From the IMG/VR virus record IMGVR_UViG_3300033153_011579: a stretch of DNA of 64,000 nt; one strand, written 5' to 3'. This stretch comes from a virus (lineage: Duplodnaviria; Heunggongvirae; Uroviricota; Caudoviricetes). The notes under the pieces were generated by a model. The model saw only the letters and a program-made list of their open reading frames with translations, searched no databases and was not told where the DNA came from. Made by a program: the position numbers and the translations under genes. This document shows, piece by piece, positions 63,447-64,000 of the stretch (within the stretch, counting starts at the first letter, position 1; the number at the start of each line of letters is the position of its first letter).

Positions 63447-63802
63447 TGAAGAAGGGTACCAAGAAGACACTCGGAGCCGGCCTCCTGCTCACCTCGGTCA
63501 TCCTGGGCGTCGTCCTCTACAAGAGGTCGAAGCAGCCGAGCACGTCTGGTCTCGCGGCGCTCTCGCCGAACCAGGCGAAGCAAGCGCGGCTCGTCCGCCA
63601 GTTCGCAAAGCGGATGGGACGCGACCTGACGCCGAAGCCGGTGGTCGTCGAGAAAGTTCTGCCAAACGGCATGACGCAGTCGTTCGCCAGAAAATACGTC
63701 GGCTGGTTGAACGACCGGAGCGCGCAACGCGGGACGAAGTATACCCACAAACACATCAGCCCGAGCAGCCTGGCGCTGCCCGTCGACCAGGCAGTGAGGT
63801 AA
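63446..63802 (+). CDS. membrane-anchored small protein (118 aa; MKKGTKKTLGAGLLLTSVILGVVLY)
   Basis: ATGA overlap; paralogous N-terminus. Confidence 0.45.
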   Translation: MKKGTKKTLGAGLLLTSVILGVVLYKRSKQPSTSGLAALSPNQAKQARLVRQFAKRMGRDLTPKPVVVEKVLPNGMTQSFARKYVGWLNDRSAQRGTKYTHKHISPSSLALPVDQAVR

Positions 63803-63805
63803 ACA

Positions 63806-64000
63806 GATGCTCAACTTTTCACTCGGCGCAGGGTTCTCTCCTCGAGGTGCGGTAGCGGTGATCGACAAGTGGATCCAGGGAGTCGGAGTTCAGGCGAACG
63901 CGCGGATCGACGGGACGCCGGTACCGCACATCCTCATCCGGAGGCTGTCGCATCGGTTCGGTGCCGGCGCGTTCCGGATCCACCAGGGCCACCTCTGGGT
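63806..64000 (+). CDS. hypothetical protein, 5' part (runs off the window)
   Basis: ATG after RBS; open to the window end. Confidence 0.35.

Overview
This 64-kb window is a densely packed, high-GC (~62-65% by eye) dsDNA bacteriophage or prophage-like segment. It carries about 135 ORFs, many with ATGA or TAATG stop/start overlaps, in three transcription blocks.

(1) Positions 1-16.5 kb, rightward: a tyrosine recombinase, then about 45 mostly tiny genes of 30-230 aa. They include Zn-ribbon and Cys-rich proteins, membrane peptides, a PD-(D/E)XK nuclease-like protein and a DnaJ-type zinc-finger mini-protein. Nearly every gene is preceded by the same 33-36-bp junction element: (stop) GTAAGAGAAT, a 4-6-nt loop, ATTCTCTGACACGGAGGAG, then 5-7 nt to the ATG. 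I count about 29 full and 2 partial copies. A second hairpin family, GGAATGACACGTTCC, is placed on stop codons.

(2) Positions 16.5-36.2 kb, leftward. This block holds a TD-repeat DUF1566-like lipoprotein, a CheY-like receiver-domain protein and three small genes each preceded by their own conserved hairpin element, and a lytic transglycosylase. It also holds a thioredoxin, a Gp37/Gp68-family CxxxCxxC protein, a PurA/PurZ-family adenylosuccinate-synthetase homolog (candidate 2-aminoadenine, Z-base, pathway) and a vWA protein. The replication-initiator-like gene carries eight GTTAC iterons at about 10.4-bp phasing, a candidate origin. An SPFH lipoprotein and an RHH protein complete the block.

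(3) Positions 36.5-64 kb, rightward, after a 310-bp divergent control region. This is a morphogenesis/virion block. It contains a GroES-like co-chaperonin, a transglutaminase-like protein, AT-hook and ultrabasic mini-proteins, many small membrane-anchored proteins and a peptidoglycan-binding protein. It also contains five tandem LamG-like paralogs, an SGNH/GDSL hydrolase, and a recurrent CCACTAGTGG palindrome.

I saw no rRNA, tRNA or CRISPR by eye. Functional calls rest on motifs I recognised by eye and remain tentative. Most CDS starts are approximate to within a few codons.
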